Source: Candidatus Multivoradales bacterium (GTDB lineage: Bacteria > Acidobacteriota > Thermoanaerobaculia > Multivoradales > Multivoraceae). Taken from it: a DNA stretch of 64,000 nucleotides. The notes beneath the pieces are model-generated. The model was not told the origin of the DNA and did no database searches. It saw nothing but the letters and a program-made list of their open reading frames with translations. How positions within the stretch are numbered: position 1 is the stretch's first letter; each line of letters starts with the position of its first letter. The stretch spans positions 576,001 to 640,000 of the forward strand of contig CBDCWI010000001.1 in assembly GCA_965223325.1 (NCBI GenBank). The letters are read 5' to 3'. Shown piece after piece: positions 37,284-47,339 of this stretch. Made by a program: the position numbers and the translations under genes.

Positions 37284-39251
37284 CTAAACGGTCGCGTCGA
37301 GAACCTCGCGCACCCGCTCGCAGAGGCTGTTGGGCGAGAAGGGTTTTTGCAGGAAGTGGGTCTCGGGCGGCAGTTTGTGCTGCATTCCGATCGAACCGCG
37401 CGGGTAGCCGGAGATCAGCAGGACGCGCAGGTTCTCGTACCGTTCGCGCAGCTCGCGCGCCAGGTCATCGCCGTTCATTCCGGGCAGAACGACGTCGGTT
37501 AGCAAGAGGTCGATCGATCGCGGGTGCTCTCCACAGAGCTCGAGTGCCTCTTCGGCACTTCCGGCCTCGATGACGTCGTAGCCTTTGTCTTTCAAGACTT
37601 CGCGCACCAGCTGACGGACAGCGCCTTCGTCTTCGACCAGGAGCACCATCTCGTCACCCGAGGGTGCTTCGGTTTCGACTTCTTCGTCGGTCATGCGGGG
37701 ATCGACGTTGCGGTTGGTCGGCGGCAGGTAGATGTTGACCCGCGTTCCGTCGCGCGGCGAAGACGAGATCTCGGTATACCCGTCGCTTTGTTTGACGATG
37801 CCGTAGACCATCGAAAGACCGAGACCGGTTCCCTGTCCGGCAGGCTTGGTGGTGAAGAACGGTTCGAACACCCGGGAGCGGGTCTTCTCGTCCATTCCAC
37901 AACCAGTGTCGGACACCGAGAGGCGAACGTAGGACCCCGCCCTGAACCCGTGAAGTTCCTTGACGTCCTCGGCCGTGACCTCGACGTTCGAGGTTTCGAG
38001 CACCAGCGTGCCACCGTCGCGCATTGCGTCGCGGGCGTTGACGGCCAGGTTCATGATCACCTGCTCCATCTGGCCCTGGTCGGCACGCACCATGCGCAAC
38101 TCGGGGTCGAGACGCTGGGCAAGTTTGATGTCTTCGCCGATCACTGGGGCCAGGAGGCTGCGCACGTTGCGCACCACCTCGTTCAGGTCGATCACCCGCG
38201 GCTGCAGAATCTGGCGGCGACTGAATGCCAGGAGTCGCGCGGTTAGAGAAGCGGCGCGTTCTCCCGAACGTTTGATCGCACGGATGTTGGTGGCGGTCGG
38301 ATCGTCTTCGGCGAGCTGTGAGAGCGACAAATCGGCGTAGCCATTGATCGCCGTCAGAAGGTTGTTGAAGTCATGGGCTACGCCGCCAGCCAGGCGACCG
38401 ACGGCCTCCATTTTGTTGGCCTGGTGAAGCCGCGCCTCGAGTGACTTGCGTTCACTGATATCGAGCAGGATCCCGGTGGCGCGCAGCGGCCGGCCGTCGC
38501 CGTCGCGCTCGACCACCAGGCCACGATCGAGGACCCACTTCCACTCACCGTGGGCGGTCTTGATGCGATGTTCACTCTGATAGACGTCCGAGTGGCGGTT
38601 GAAGTGCGACTGGATCGCCAGCATCATGCGCTCGCGATCGGCGGGGTTGACTAATTCCCGCAGGCCCTCGAACGTCCCGTCGAACTGACCTGGCTCGAGG
38701 CCGAGAATCTCGGTCCAGCGTTCGCTGACGATGAATTCGCCTGAGTCGACCTGCCAGTTCCAAAGACCCAGACCACTACCCCACAGCGCCAGGTCGAGGC
38801 GTTCTTCGCTGACACGTAGGCGGGCCTCGGTGAGCTTGCTCTCGGTCAGGTCATGTCGAATGACCAGAGCTCCGCGCGGGGCGAACTCACCGGTTGGCGT
38901 GACCACGACACGAAACCAGCGTTGTTCGCCGCCGAGCTCGACAAACCAATCATGCTCGAATAGATCCGTCGCCCCTGAAATGACCTCGGCGATGCCCACG
39001 CGCGTCGCCTCGACGCCGTCGGCGGAAGGCGCGGCAAACGTGTCGAGCTGGCCCAGGCGAGTGCCGAGCGGCACGCGGGTCATCCAGCTGCCGTCCGTAT
39101 CCTCCCCATCGGCCCGATTGGAATAGACCAGGGTGCCGCTCTCGTCAAAGAGCGCCACCGGACTCGGGTACAAGTCGAGGATATGAGCCTGCTCGGAGAC
39201 GCGGCGGTCCAGCCCGCGCCCCGCGTAGGGGCTCTTGATTCTGGAGGACAT
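37284..39251 (-). CDS. PAS-domain hybrid histidine kinase/response regulator (CckA-like)
   Basis: PAS/PAC domains, '[11 protein letters not shown]', 'NARDAM', '[15 protein letters not shown]' and receiver 'LLLTDVVLP...LQKPF'. Start approximate. Confidence 0.93.
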   Translation of the reverse strand: MSSRIKSPYAGRGLDRRVSEQAHILDLYPSPVALFDESGTLVYSNRADGEDTDGSWMTRVPLGTRLGQLDTFAAPSADGVEATRVGIAEVISGATDLFEHDWFVELGGEQRWFRVVVTPTGEFAPRGALVIRHDLTESKLTEARLRVSEERLDLALWGSGLGLWNWQVDSGEFIVSERWTEILGLEPGQFDGTFEGLRELVNPADRERMMLAIQSHFNRHSDVYQSEHRIKTAHGEWKWVLDRGLVVERDGDGRPLRATGILLDISERKSLEARLHQANKMEAVGRLAGGVAHDFNNLLTAINGYADLSLSQLAEDDPTATNIRAIKRSGERAASLTARLLAFSRRQILQPRVIDLNEVVRNVRSLLAPVIGEDIKLAQRLDPELRMVRADQGQMEQVIMNLAVNARDAMRDGGTLVLETSNVEVTAEDVKELHGFRAGSYVRLSVSDTGCGMDEKTRSRVFEPFFTTKPAGQGTGLGLSMVYGIVKQSDGYTEISSSPRDGTRVNIYLPPTNRNVDPRMTDEEVETEAPSGDEMVLLVEDEGAVRQLVREVLKDKGYDVIEAGSAEEALELCGEHPRSIDLLLTDVVLPGMNGDDLARELRERYENLRVLLISGYPRGSIGMQHKLPPETHFLQKPFSPNSLCERVREVLDATV

Positions 39252-39456
39252 CAGGAGGGGTCGTCCATCAGGCGAACGAAACAAGTAGTGACTGTGTGGG
39301 CTCGAGGAGGGCGTACGACATAGGCCACGCTGCCCTCTTTCCAGGCAGACGCCACCAGAATTTGAAGATTCTAACGGGTGGAGGGTCCACAGCGCGAACC
39401 CTCCCCCGCACCCTTTGCGTCCCGCCACCCCAGGGCCTCTGGGTCCTTGAACGACA

Positions 39457-39484
39457 AACACCCCCTCTGGGAGAAGGGGGTGTT
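39457..39484 (-). terminator. Hairpin terminator of the lipoprotein gene
   Basis: Perfect 10-bp inverted repeat AACACCCCCT / AGGGGGTGTT with an 8-nt loop. Confidence 0.6.
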
Positions 39485-39539
39485 GCGGTGTTTCCGAGTG
39501 CTCTACGACGGCTGGCCGCCGATTGACTGGTCGGGGTCC

Positions 39540-40172
39540 TCAGTCGAGGTACAAGGTATAGGCGATGTTGCGGAGCTCGGCGAGCTCGTTTCCGGCCATG
39601 CCGGTGGCGGTGACGTTGATCAGCTCTTCACCGCTCGTCGAGGGAACCAGGAGCACGATGCTCTGTAGCGGAAAGCCCTGAAACGTCCACTCGACAACGT
39701 ACTCGAAGCCCTTGGTGACGTCGTCCTTGAGCGTGATGACCTCCTGGGCGATGACCTTCGCCTCACCACCACCGAGCTGTGCCATTTGTGCCTCGGTGGC
39801 CGCGGCCGCTTCTTCGAGGGAGGAATCACCGCTATATGGCGTCACGTTGACGTCGACGCGCGGTGCCATCATCGGCGATGCCGCGGTCAGGCGGCCGGCA
39901 GGAGCCTGCGCCTCCTCGGTGGTGAAATCGCTCGGGTAGTGAAGGCGGAAACCATAGTCAGCATCGACGAACTCGGTCGACTCCCATTCGGGTGCCTGGA
40001 AGGGGGTCTTGACAGGTGCCTCGGCGGCCGCGCTGCGATCGGCGGCGCCGCCGCTACCCGTCGAGGCACAGGCAACGAAACCGGTGGCCGCGAGCAACGC
40101 GACGGTGACGCGCATGAAATTCTTGATGTTGAGGGTGTTCGTAGTGGTCTCGAGCTTGAACTTGCGATTCAT
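39540..40172 (-). CDS. Lipoprotein, possibly PsbP/DcrB-like fold
   Basis: Lipobox FVA-C, 'YGF.L.YP..F' start of the domain and a C-terminal helix. Start uncertain. Confidence 0.65.
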   Translation of the reverse strand: MNRKFKLETTTNTLNIKNFMRVTVALLAATGFVACASTGSGGAADRSAAAEAPVKTPFQAPEWESTEFVDADYGFRLHYPSDFTTEEAQAPAGRLTAASPMMAPRVDVNVTPYSGDSSLEEAAAATEAQMAQLGGGEAKVIAQEVITLKDDVTKGFEYVVEWTFQGFPLQSIVLLVPSTSGEELINVTATGMAGNELAELRNIAYTLYLD

Positions 40173-40324
40173 GGTTGGTAGAGGTTCCTTATTCCGTTCC
40201 ATTAACTGTCATTCGGTTGACTGTGACTGATTTTGGTCGGTGAAGCGTATCGGTGAGGCTGTTCAACAATACGCGACCAGCCGTCAGAGGTTGCTGTCAC
40301 CTTCTGAAGTACAGACGGTCAGGG

Positions 40325-41758
40325 TCAACCGACACCAGGTTCTCGGGCGACTCGGGCGCTCCCGCCTTCGGCCAGTGAAGCGCCGTCAGAGTGGGTCTGG
40401 TCAGCTGCCATCCGATCGCGCAGGCTCTTGCCCATCCAGCCGTCGCTTCTGAATCGGAGAGCCAGCACGGTCGACATAACGGCAAGATGGAGCACGAAGC
40501 ACCAAAAGGCAGCGACCATGCCATAGCGAGGACCGACAATCGCGACGACCGGCACGAACAGCAGCCAGGCGCTCAGGATGTTGACCCACATCGGAAACGC
40601 TGTATCCCCCGCCCCGCGCAGCGCCCCTGAGAACACCATGAACCAGAGGTCGAGAATCAGGCACACCACCACGACCCGAAAGACCGGGCGCGCGAAGGGA
40701 CGGATCAATTCGAGATCGTGGCCCTGGGCGAAAAGCGCCATCAGCTGTTCGGGCAACAACAAATAGACCGCCGCCAGCGCCGCCATCAACAGGTAACCGA
40801 TCCGCAGAACCCGCTTGACGGCCAGACGAGCCCGCGTCGGATCGCCGGCGCCGACGCACTGCCCGGTGAGGGTCGTCCCGGTCACCGAGAGACCGAATCC
40901 GGCCATGAAGGCGACGCTCCAGTTCTGGATAACCGCCTGGGTTGCCGCCATCTCTGCTTCGCCGAGGCGCGCGATGATGATCGAGAAGACACTCACTCCG
41001 CCCATCTCCATGAAGTGCTGCAGCCCGATCGGCACACTGATGATCAACAGGCCGCGCATCATCTCCGAGTCGAAGCCGAAAGCGCTAGCGACACGGTACT
41101 CGCGACGGAAGTAGCCAACGAACAGCGACAAGAAGAGCACCAGGCCGACCAGAAGCTGCGCCAGGACCGTACCCAGGGCCGAACCCCAGGCGCCCAGCTC
41201 GGGGGCGCCCAGCCGGCCGAAGATGAAGGCGTAGTTGAGCAGGCAGTTGAGAATCAGCTGCACCACCGACGACACCATCGGAACGAACGTGCGGCCGAGA
41301 CCGCGATAGAACGAGTCAGCCACCAACAGCGGCACCAGCGTGATCGCTGAAAGTAGCCGCACTTTCATATAGGGCTCGCACACCGCGCGCACCCCTTCGC
41401 CAGGGTCAACCAGGCGAAAGAAGGTCGGAATGAGGGGCCAGAAGAGCACCAGAACCACACCGATCACGATGCCCATGAACAAGCCGTGCCAGACGGCACG
41501 TCCGACCCCGAAGCGGTCGCCGGCACCTTCAGATTGGGCGACCGCGGTGTTGACCCCCGAAAGTGCGCCCACCAGGAACGACAGCAACCACCACACCGTC
41601 AGGGCGCCGAGCCCGACGCCGGCCAGGGCAGTGACTCCCAGGCGGCCCACCATCACGGTGTCGATGAAACCCATGGCGGTGTACGTCACCTGGGTCAACA
41701 TCACCGGTGTCGCGATCGCAAAGATGCGCCGGTACGAGATATCTACTTTGTTCTTCAT
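40325..41758 (-). CDS. MATE family efflux transporter
   Basis: 'DT.MVGRLG..ALAG', 'LNY.FIFG..G.PELG..G.A..T' and 'GALRGAGDT'. About 12 TM segments. Confidence 0.93.
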   Translation of the reverse strand: MKNKVDISYRRIFAIATPVMLTQVTYTAMGFIDTVMVGRLGVTALAGVGLGALTVWWLLSFLVGALSGVNTAVAQSEGAGDRFGVGRAVWHGLFMGIVIGVVLVLFWPLIPTFFRLVDPGEGVRAVCEPYMKVRLLSAITLVPLLVADSFYRGLGRTFVPMVSSVVQLILNCLLNYAFIFGRLGAPELGAWGSALGTVLAQLLVGLVLFLSLFVGYFRREYRVASAFGFDSEMMRGLLIISVPIGLQHFMEMGGVSVFSIIIARLGEAEMAATQAVIQNWSVAFMAGFGLSVTGTTLTGQCVGAGDPTRARLAVKRVLRIGYLLMAALAAVYLLLPEQLMALFAQGHDLELIRPFARPVFRVVVVCLILDLWFMVFSGALRGAGDTAFPMWVNILSAWLLFVPVVAIVGPRYGMVAAFWCFVLHLAVMSTVLALRFRSDGWMGKSLRDRMAADQTHSDGASLAEGGSARVAREPGVG

Positions 41759-41828
41759 TGTTTTCTATCCTGCGGCCGCTTACATTGTGCGGCGCCTGGT
41801 CGAACCTGGAAATCGGTGGGCCTCTCCT

Positions 41829-41873
41829 AACGAAAAAGAGCCCTGGGCTTCGGTGGCCCAGAGCTCTTTCGTT
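41829..41873 (-). terminator. Intrinsic terminator in the MATE 5' leader (candidate attenuator)
   Basis: The minus strand reads AAAGAGCTCTGGGC-CACCGAA-GCCCAGGGCTCTTTTT. Confidence 0.75.
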
Positions 41874-41916
41874 CGCGTCCACAGAGGAGATCTCCTCGGG
41901 TTCGATTTCGCGAAGG

Positions 41917-42135
41917 TCAGACGATTGGGCCTTCCTCACTCGTGTCACCAACGACTCCGGCGGTGGAGCCCTGGGCCAGTCGCGGCCTCTTCACAGAGGC
42001 CTGGCTGAACACCGAGCTGCCAGAGCCTGTGTTGCTAGAGACGGTGCTGCCAGAGACCGTGCTGCTAGAGACCGTGCTGCCTGAGACAGCGGGCGTCATG
42101 GTCATCGGTTGAGTGATGGAGGTCGAGGTCTTCAT
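41917..42135 (-). CDS. 72-aa Ser/Thr-rich small ORF (candidate leader peptide)
   Basis: AGGAG RBS 8 nt before the ATG. In-frame 15-nt repeats (about 42016-42090) encode (VSGST/VSSST)n. Confidence 0.6.
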   Translation of the reverse strand: MKTSTSITQPMTMTPAVSGSTVSSSTVSGSTVSSNTGSGSSVFSQASVKRPRLAQGSTAGVVGDTSEEGPIV

Positions 42136-42177
42136 CGTCTGAACTCCTGCGGGCCGCGGACCGGCCGCAGAGCGGTC

Positions 42178-42207
42178 AAACTAGCAACATTTCCCCGCCG
42201 TGGTCAA
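42178..42207 (-). promoter_or_regulatory. Sigma-70-type promoter for the small ORF + MATE
   Basis: TTGACC-N18-TAGTTT with extended -10 TGn. Confidence 0.55.
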
Positions 42208-42226
42208 ATCACCAGCGGACACGGCG

Positions 42227-42934
42227 CTAGGCGTCTTCTTTGGCCAACTCGAGAAAGCGCTTGGCCATCCGCGGACCGGCGCCATCGTCTTCATGCTTGA
42301 AGAAGACGTAGGCCTCGCTCCACCCCTGCTCTCGGGCACGCCCGAGCCAACCGGTGAGTGCTTCGTCGTCGTAGTCAGCCCGTCGGAGGCGAAGGTACCC
42401 GAAGCTGGCCGTCGACAAGGTCGCGGGTGCCTCAGAATCCTCATTGTCGGCGACGCAAAGTGCGGCATCAGCGGCACGGAGGATCTCCGTGACCTCATCG
42501 TCGAACCACGACTCATGGCGAAACTCGAAAGCCGCCTTTGCGTTTCCCGGCAGCGACTCGACGAAGTTCTTCAAACGTTCGCTGTCTTTCTTCATGTTGG
42601 GTGGCAGCTGAAACAGGATGGGCCCGCGTCGCGCCTGCAGCACCGCAGAGACCTCGAGCAGGTAGTCGAGCGAGTCGTCGGTGCCTTTGAGGCGCTGAAA
42701 GTGGGTGATGCGCCGCGACGCCTTGAGCACGAAGCGAAAGTCTTTCGGCACCTCTTCGGCCCATCGTTCGAGCACCTCGGCTCTGGGCATGCGGTAGAAG
42801 GTGTTGTTGATCTCGACCGCCGGCAGCTCTCCGGCGTAAAAGGCGAGCATCTCGGCGTTCTTGATCTTCTCGGGGTAGAAGGGCCCCTTCCACTCTTTGT
42901 AGGAAAAGCCACTGGTACCAGCATGGACCTTCAT
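42227..42934 (-). CDS. DUF72 family protein
   Basis: 'GTSGFSY.EW.G.FYP', 'VEINNTFYRMP', 'LFQLPP', 'EFRH.SW' and 'Y.RLR'. Confidence 0.93.
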   Translation of the reverse strand: MKVHAGTSGFSYKEWKGPFYPEKIKNAEMLAFYAGELPAVEINNTFYRMPRAEVLERWAEEVPKDFRFVLKASRRITHFQRLKGTDDSLDYLLEVSAVLQARRGPILFQLPPNMKKDSERLKNFVESLPGNAKAAFEFRHESWFDDEVTEILRAADAALCVADNEDSEAPATLSTASFGYLRLRRADYDDEALTGWLGRAREQGWSEAYVFFKHEDDGAGPRMAKRFLELAKEDA

Positions 42935-43092
42935 GGAAATGCTCCTCTGCACACGAACGCTCCCTCGGAACTCCGCGAAGACGAGTACTCTCCGGACAGT
43001 TCTCTAGAGAACGGCGTACGCGACCGTTGCGCATGCTCGTTCGATTGTTTGCCGCTCATCATAGCCACCCGCAGAACCGCGAGAGGCCCTCC

Positions 43093-43914
43093 ATGAAGAT
43101 CGCCCTGATTCAACAACCCGCCTCGAACGATCGACAGGCGAACCGTGAGCGCGGCCTGGCTAACGTGAGGCGCGCAGCCGGAGCCGGAGCCGAAGTCATC
43201 TGCTTCGCCGAACTCGCCTTCGATCCCTTCTGGCCCCAGAAGCCCGCCGGACCGGGGGCACGCGATCTCGCCGAACCGATCCCGGGTGAGACCAGCGACG
43301 CCTTCGCCGGCCTGGCAGCCGAGCTCGGCGTCGTCCTGGTGCTCAACCTCTATGAGCAGAGCGGCGACCAGGCCTTTGACACCTCGCCGGTCCTCGACGC
43401 CGACGGCCGTCTCCTGGGCCGCACGCGCATGGTGCACATCACGGAGTACGAGGGGTTCCACGAACAGGGCTACTACGACCCAGGCGACACGGGCGTACCC
43501 GTCTACCAGACCCGCTTCGGCAGAATCGGCGTCGCCATCTGCTACGACCGCCACTACCCAGAAGTCATGCGAGGCCTGGCACTCGCCGGCGCCGAGGTGG
43601 TCTTCGTACCCCAGGCCGGCGCAGTCGGAGAGTGGCCCGACGGTCTCTTCGAAGCCGAAATGCAAGTCGCAGCCTTCCAGAACGGCTACTTCACCGCCCT
43701 GACCAACCGAGTCGGGAAAGAAGAGGTGCTCGACTTCGTCGGCGCGTCGTTCGTGTGCGCACCCGACGGACGCGTAGTAGCCCAGGCCGCAGCCGGCGAA
43801 GAAGACATTCTGATCGCCGATCTGGATCTGTCGGAGGTCGAGCGCTCGCACGCGCGCAAGCTCTTTCTGCGAGACCGCCGTGCTGCACTCTATGCGGACT
43901 GGCTGACTGGCTAG
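43093..43914 (+). CDS. Carbon-nitrogen hydrolase (N-carbamoylputrescine amidase-like)
   Basis: 'FAEL', 'F.EQ.YY.PG', 'ICYDRHYPE' and 'NRVG.E'. Confidence 0.9.
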   Translation: MKIALIQQPASNDRQANRERGLANVRRAAGAGAEVICFAELAFDPFWPQKPAGPGARDLAEPIPGETSDAFAGLAAELGVVLVLNLYEQSGDQAFDTSPVLDADGRLLGRTRMVHITEYEGFHEQGYYDPGDTGVPVYQTRFGRIGVAICYDRHYPEVMRGLALAGAEVVFVPQAGAVGEWPDGLFEAEMQVAAFQNGYFTALTNRVGKEEVLDFVGASFVCAPDGRVVAQAAAGEEDILIADLDLSEVERSHARKLFLRDRRAALYADWLTG

Positions 43915-43951
43915 ATCGGGACGCTGGAGGACCGGCGAGTCGACTCTCTCG

Positions 43952-44648
43952 AGATCGAACCGCAGTGCCCGCCTCAAGCGGTGGGGCTCGATCTCTGTCC
44001 TTGCCGCTTTCTGTCTTGGTGGGCCTGTGGTGCTTTCGTTTCTGTCGTGGTTGTCGGGAGGTCTGGGGTGAGGTCGCCGTGGGGGCAATGGTGACGGTGA
44101 GGACCGTGGCCCCTGCGGGGGCCACGGCGGTTGGGGCGTGTGCCCTGTGGAAGATCGGCGGGAGCCTGCCTCTCTTTGTTTGTCGAGCCAACGCGGCCCT
44201 TCCTGTGGGCCCTCGGTAGCTTTCCCGAGTCGGCAGGACATCCTTCGGTCCCTCCTCGGCTACCACCACCCCCCGTCCTCAGCGAGATCCCTGCCCGCAT
44301 AGATGCCGCGGCCCCCTTCCCAAGCCATTGGCCCAGTCATGGAGGTAGCGCGGAGTGCGAGCGGGCGCATGGGCGACGCTCCAGGGCTCTCTCGACGGCC
44401 GCACTGGCGCCTCCACCGCAGGCGAGCAACGGCTAGCGGCTCGTCGAGCGAAGGCGGCGCCATCCACCGCAGTCTGAAGAAGCGTCGCCGTGCCCTGGAG
44501 CGTCGCCCATGCGCCCGCTCGCACGCCAGTCCCGCCCCAACACTCCCGGCAACCAAGAACTACAACAACACCAACGTCGGCCCAAGAACCAAGCGACAAG
44601 GACAGAGATCGAGCCCCACCGCTTCAGGCGAGCACCGCGATTCGACCT
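43952..44648. repeat. Nested long inverted repeats (58-bp outer, 33-bp inner)
   Basis: 43952-44009 vs 44591-44648 match at 52/58. 44355-44387 vs 44492-44524 match at 33/33. Extra hairpin at 44104-44127. Confidence 0.92.
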
Positions 44649-44688
44649 GTCGTGGGTCGAAACGCCGGGGGACCGACTCCTACTGCTC

Positions 44689-46413
44689 CTACTGCTCGAG
44701 GAAAGGCTTCAAACGTGACGCCCAGTTCTGGTGGCGCAGCTTGCGAAGCGCCTTGGACTCGATCTGGCGGATGCGTTCGCGGGTGACGTTGAACGACTTG
44801 CCCACCTCTTCGAGAGTGTGCTCCGTGCCCTCGCCGACGCCGAAGCGCATGCGCAGTACCAGCTCCTCGCGGGGCGTGAGCGAGCGCAGCACCTCGGAGG
44901 TCTGGTCCTTGAGGCTGTTCGACATCAGAGCTTCCATTGGCGAGGTGGCGTTTTTGTCCTCGATGAAGTCGCCGAGACTCGACTCTTCGTCTTCGCCAAC
45001 CGGTGTCTCCAGCGAGATCGGTGCTTGCGCGATCTTCATGATCTTGCGCACCTTGGAGGCTGGCAAGTCCATGTGCGCCCCGATCTCTTCGGGAGTCGGC
45101 TCGCGACCGAGTTCCTGTACTAGCGAACGGCTGGTACGGGTGAGCTTGTTGATGTTCTCGATCATGTGCACCGGGATCCGGATGGTGCGCGACTGATCGG
45201 CAATCGCACGCGCCACCGCCTGGCGAATCCACCAGGTGGCATAGGTCGAGAACTTGTAGCCGCGGCGGTACTCGAACTTCTCGACCGCCTTCATCAGGCC
45301 GATGTTGCCTTCCTGAATCAAGTCGAGGAACTGCAACCCCCGGTTGGTGTACTTCTTGGCGATCGAAACCACCAGGCGAAGATTCGCCGTGATCAGTTTC
45401 TCCTTGGCACGCTCGACCAACGCTTCACCCTGACGAAGGCGCTTGACCGTCGCCTGGAGCTCGCCCTGACTCGCGCCGGTCCTCTCCTCGAGCTCACGCA
45501 ACGCAGTGCGCCGCTTCTGGATACGCCGGCGGTGCAGCGACTGGAGCTCCTTGTTGCCCTCGTTCTTGAGAGCCACCTGAGCGCGCTGAATCTCACGATC
45601 GATCGTGCGAAATTGGCGATCGAGCTCCTTGAGCAAGTCGACGATGCGGTTGCGAGTCTGGTTATCGGGCGCCTTATCGGCCGTCTCCTTGGCGACCCGG
45701 GCCGACACACGATCGATTTCGCGACCGACCTCGTGGAAGCGGTCGCCCTTCTCCGAGTAGCGTGACTGCTTCTTGCGCAGGCGGGCGAGCTCGGCGTCTG
45801 CCTTGATCACCTTCTCGAAGAACGACAGGTTGTCGCGGCACACCTTGGTGCCCTTCTCGGTGAGCTCGACGCCGGCAACCTCGAAGAGACGTCGCGGCTG
45901 CCAAGGGCGGTTGCCGTTGGCGACCACCAGCGGAATGATCTGCGCCAGCAGTTCGCGCTGCTCGGCGAGCGCCTGGAAAATCACCCAGTCGCCCTCCTCG
46001 ATCTCCTGCGCGATTTCGACCTCGCCGTCGCGATCGAGCAGCGGCACGACGCTCATCTCGCGCAGGTACATGCGCACCGGATCCGAGGTCGAGCCCGGCT
46101 CGGTAGGCGTAAAGACCGGCGACGGTCCATCCTCGTCGGGCTTCTCGACGTCGATCGCGGTCTTGGCGGCCTCTGGAACGTGCTGGTAGAGCGCCGGGCG
46201 ATCGATCACCTCGATGTTGAGCTCATCGAGACGCTCGGCGACGTTCTCGAGTTCCTCAGCGAGAACGTCGGTGGGCAGCAGGTCACAGATCTCGTCGAAG
46301 AGCACGTAGGCCTTCGAGCGCCCGAGCTCGACGAGCTGACGAACGGACGTAATGCGTTTCTCGATCGGTGGCGGGGTCTTCTTCTTGGCGGCGGCTGTCG
46401 CGGTGGCTGGCAC
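44689..46413 (-). CDS. rpoD: RNA polymerase primary sigma factor (sigma-70)
   Basis: Region 1.2 '[10 protein letters not shown]', region 2 '[35 protein letters not shown]' and region 4 '[25 protein letters not shown]'. Confidence 0.97.
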   Translation of the reverse strand: MPATATAAAKKKTPPPIEKRITSVRQLVELGRSKAYVLFDEICDLLPTDVLAEELENVAERLDELNIEVIDRPALYQHVPEAAKTAIDVEKPDEDGPSPVFTPTEPGSTSDPVRMYLREMSVVPLLDRDGEVEIAQEIEEGDWVIFQALAEQRELLAQIIPLVVANGNRPWQPRRLFEVAGVELTEKGTKVCRDNLSFFEKVIKADAELARLRKKQSRYSEKGDRFHEVGREIDRVSARVAKETADKAPDNQTRNRIVDLLKELDRQFRTIDREIQRAQVALKNEGNKELQSLHRRRIQKRRTALRELEERTGASQGELQATVKRLRQGEALVERAKEKLITANLRLVVSIAKKYTNRGLQFLDLIQEGNIGLMKAVEKFEYRRGYKFSTYATWWIRQAVARAIADQSRTIRIPVHMIENINKLTRTSRSLVQELGREPTPEEIGAHMDLPASKVRKIMKIAQAPISLETPVGEDEESSLGDFIEDKNATSPMEALMSNSLKDQTSEVLRSLTPREELVLRMRFGVGEGTEHTLEEVGKSFNVTRERIRQIESKALRKLRHQNWASRLKPFLEQ

Positions 46414-46900
46414 GGAGGGTCTCCTGGGCGTGTGGGGCCGGTTCCTTGGGGGTGCGGGTCGGTGGTCTCGAGGTGGGAAGATCTTCGGGTTTCGGTGCTC
46501 GCGTGTTCGGGAGCGGTACGACTTGCTGGTGACCCTTTGATGAGACTGTCTATGTAATGACGCTCGGGCGGCTCAGAAGTCACACACTTCTGTCATGCTT
46601 CGGCAACTCCTGGCATCGGAGTGAGCGTTTCGTGAACGGAACGCACCCTGACCGCGCAGAAAGGAACGAAGCAGATCCTGAAAAGAGGGACGGAAAGAGA
46701 ACCGAAGAACTCGGAGTGTGCAACCACCAGGGCCGGTGGTCGCGGGGTGTGACGTGCAGGCTCAGACCCTGCCGAGAACACTGCCGATGACTGGCATAGC
46801 CAATGACCGGGCGCTAGGCTGAATTGGAGCTGAGCTGAATTGGAAACGAGTGTTCCAGAAGATTTTGAGAATCTGATCGAAACGACGGTTCCTGTCCCGC

Positions 46901-46965
46901 ACTGTCAGAAGGCTACCACGGCTGTCAAGCCCTGTCTTCTAAACTCTTTGTTTTCAGTTACTTAA
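46901..46965 (-). promoter_or_regulatory. Candidate rpoD promoter with an upstream AT-rich/IHF-like element
   Basis: TTGACA at 46928-46923 with a weak -10 (GACAGT). The adjacent TTTCAGTTACTTA is one mismatch from IHF consensus WATCARN4TTR. Confidence 0.4.
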
Positions 46966-47339
46966 CCCCAGAGTGGTGATGCGACGGAAGGGCCGAACGC
47001 GCAGGCTCACCGAATCGACCAAGCTTTCTACGGAACATTCGACTCCTTGGGACCAAGTAGCCGACAGCACAGCCGCTCACTACCGTGGTGCCCTTGCTAC
47101 GATGCAATCCCGTTCTTGATTCAGCTTCGCCACCGCCTTCGAGGGTTCAGGGGAACGGACGTTGAGCCCTAGGAGGAGCCTTCGAGCGCAGCACACCGTT
47201 CCCAACCGCCTTGGCGCCCTATTCATTCCCGCCTTCGCCGAATACCCACCGGGCCAGCGCCGCTGGCACTCCCTCCGCTTCCTGCTCCTCTCCCCCCGGG
47301 GCCATACCGCATCGTCGTACCGTCTCTGAACCGCAACTG

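Noticed and set aside
41917-42135. RiPP precursor
   Set aside because: Ser/Thr-rich, but no modifying enzymes (YcaO, LanB/M, radical SAM) or peptidase-transporter are in the window.
42931-45196. Long ORFs 42931-44241 (-) and 44303-45196 (+)
   Set aside because: Antisense shadows of the nitrilase and rpoD genes running into repeat DNA, with no protein-like motifs.
46790-46807. Sigma-54 site TGGCATAGCCAATGA
   Set aside because: The -12 TTGC element is absent.
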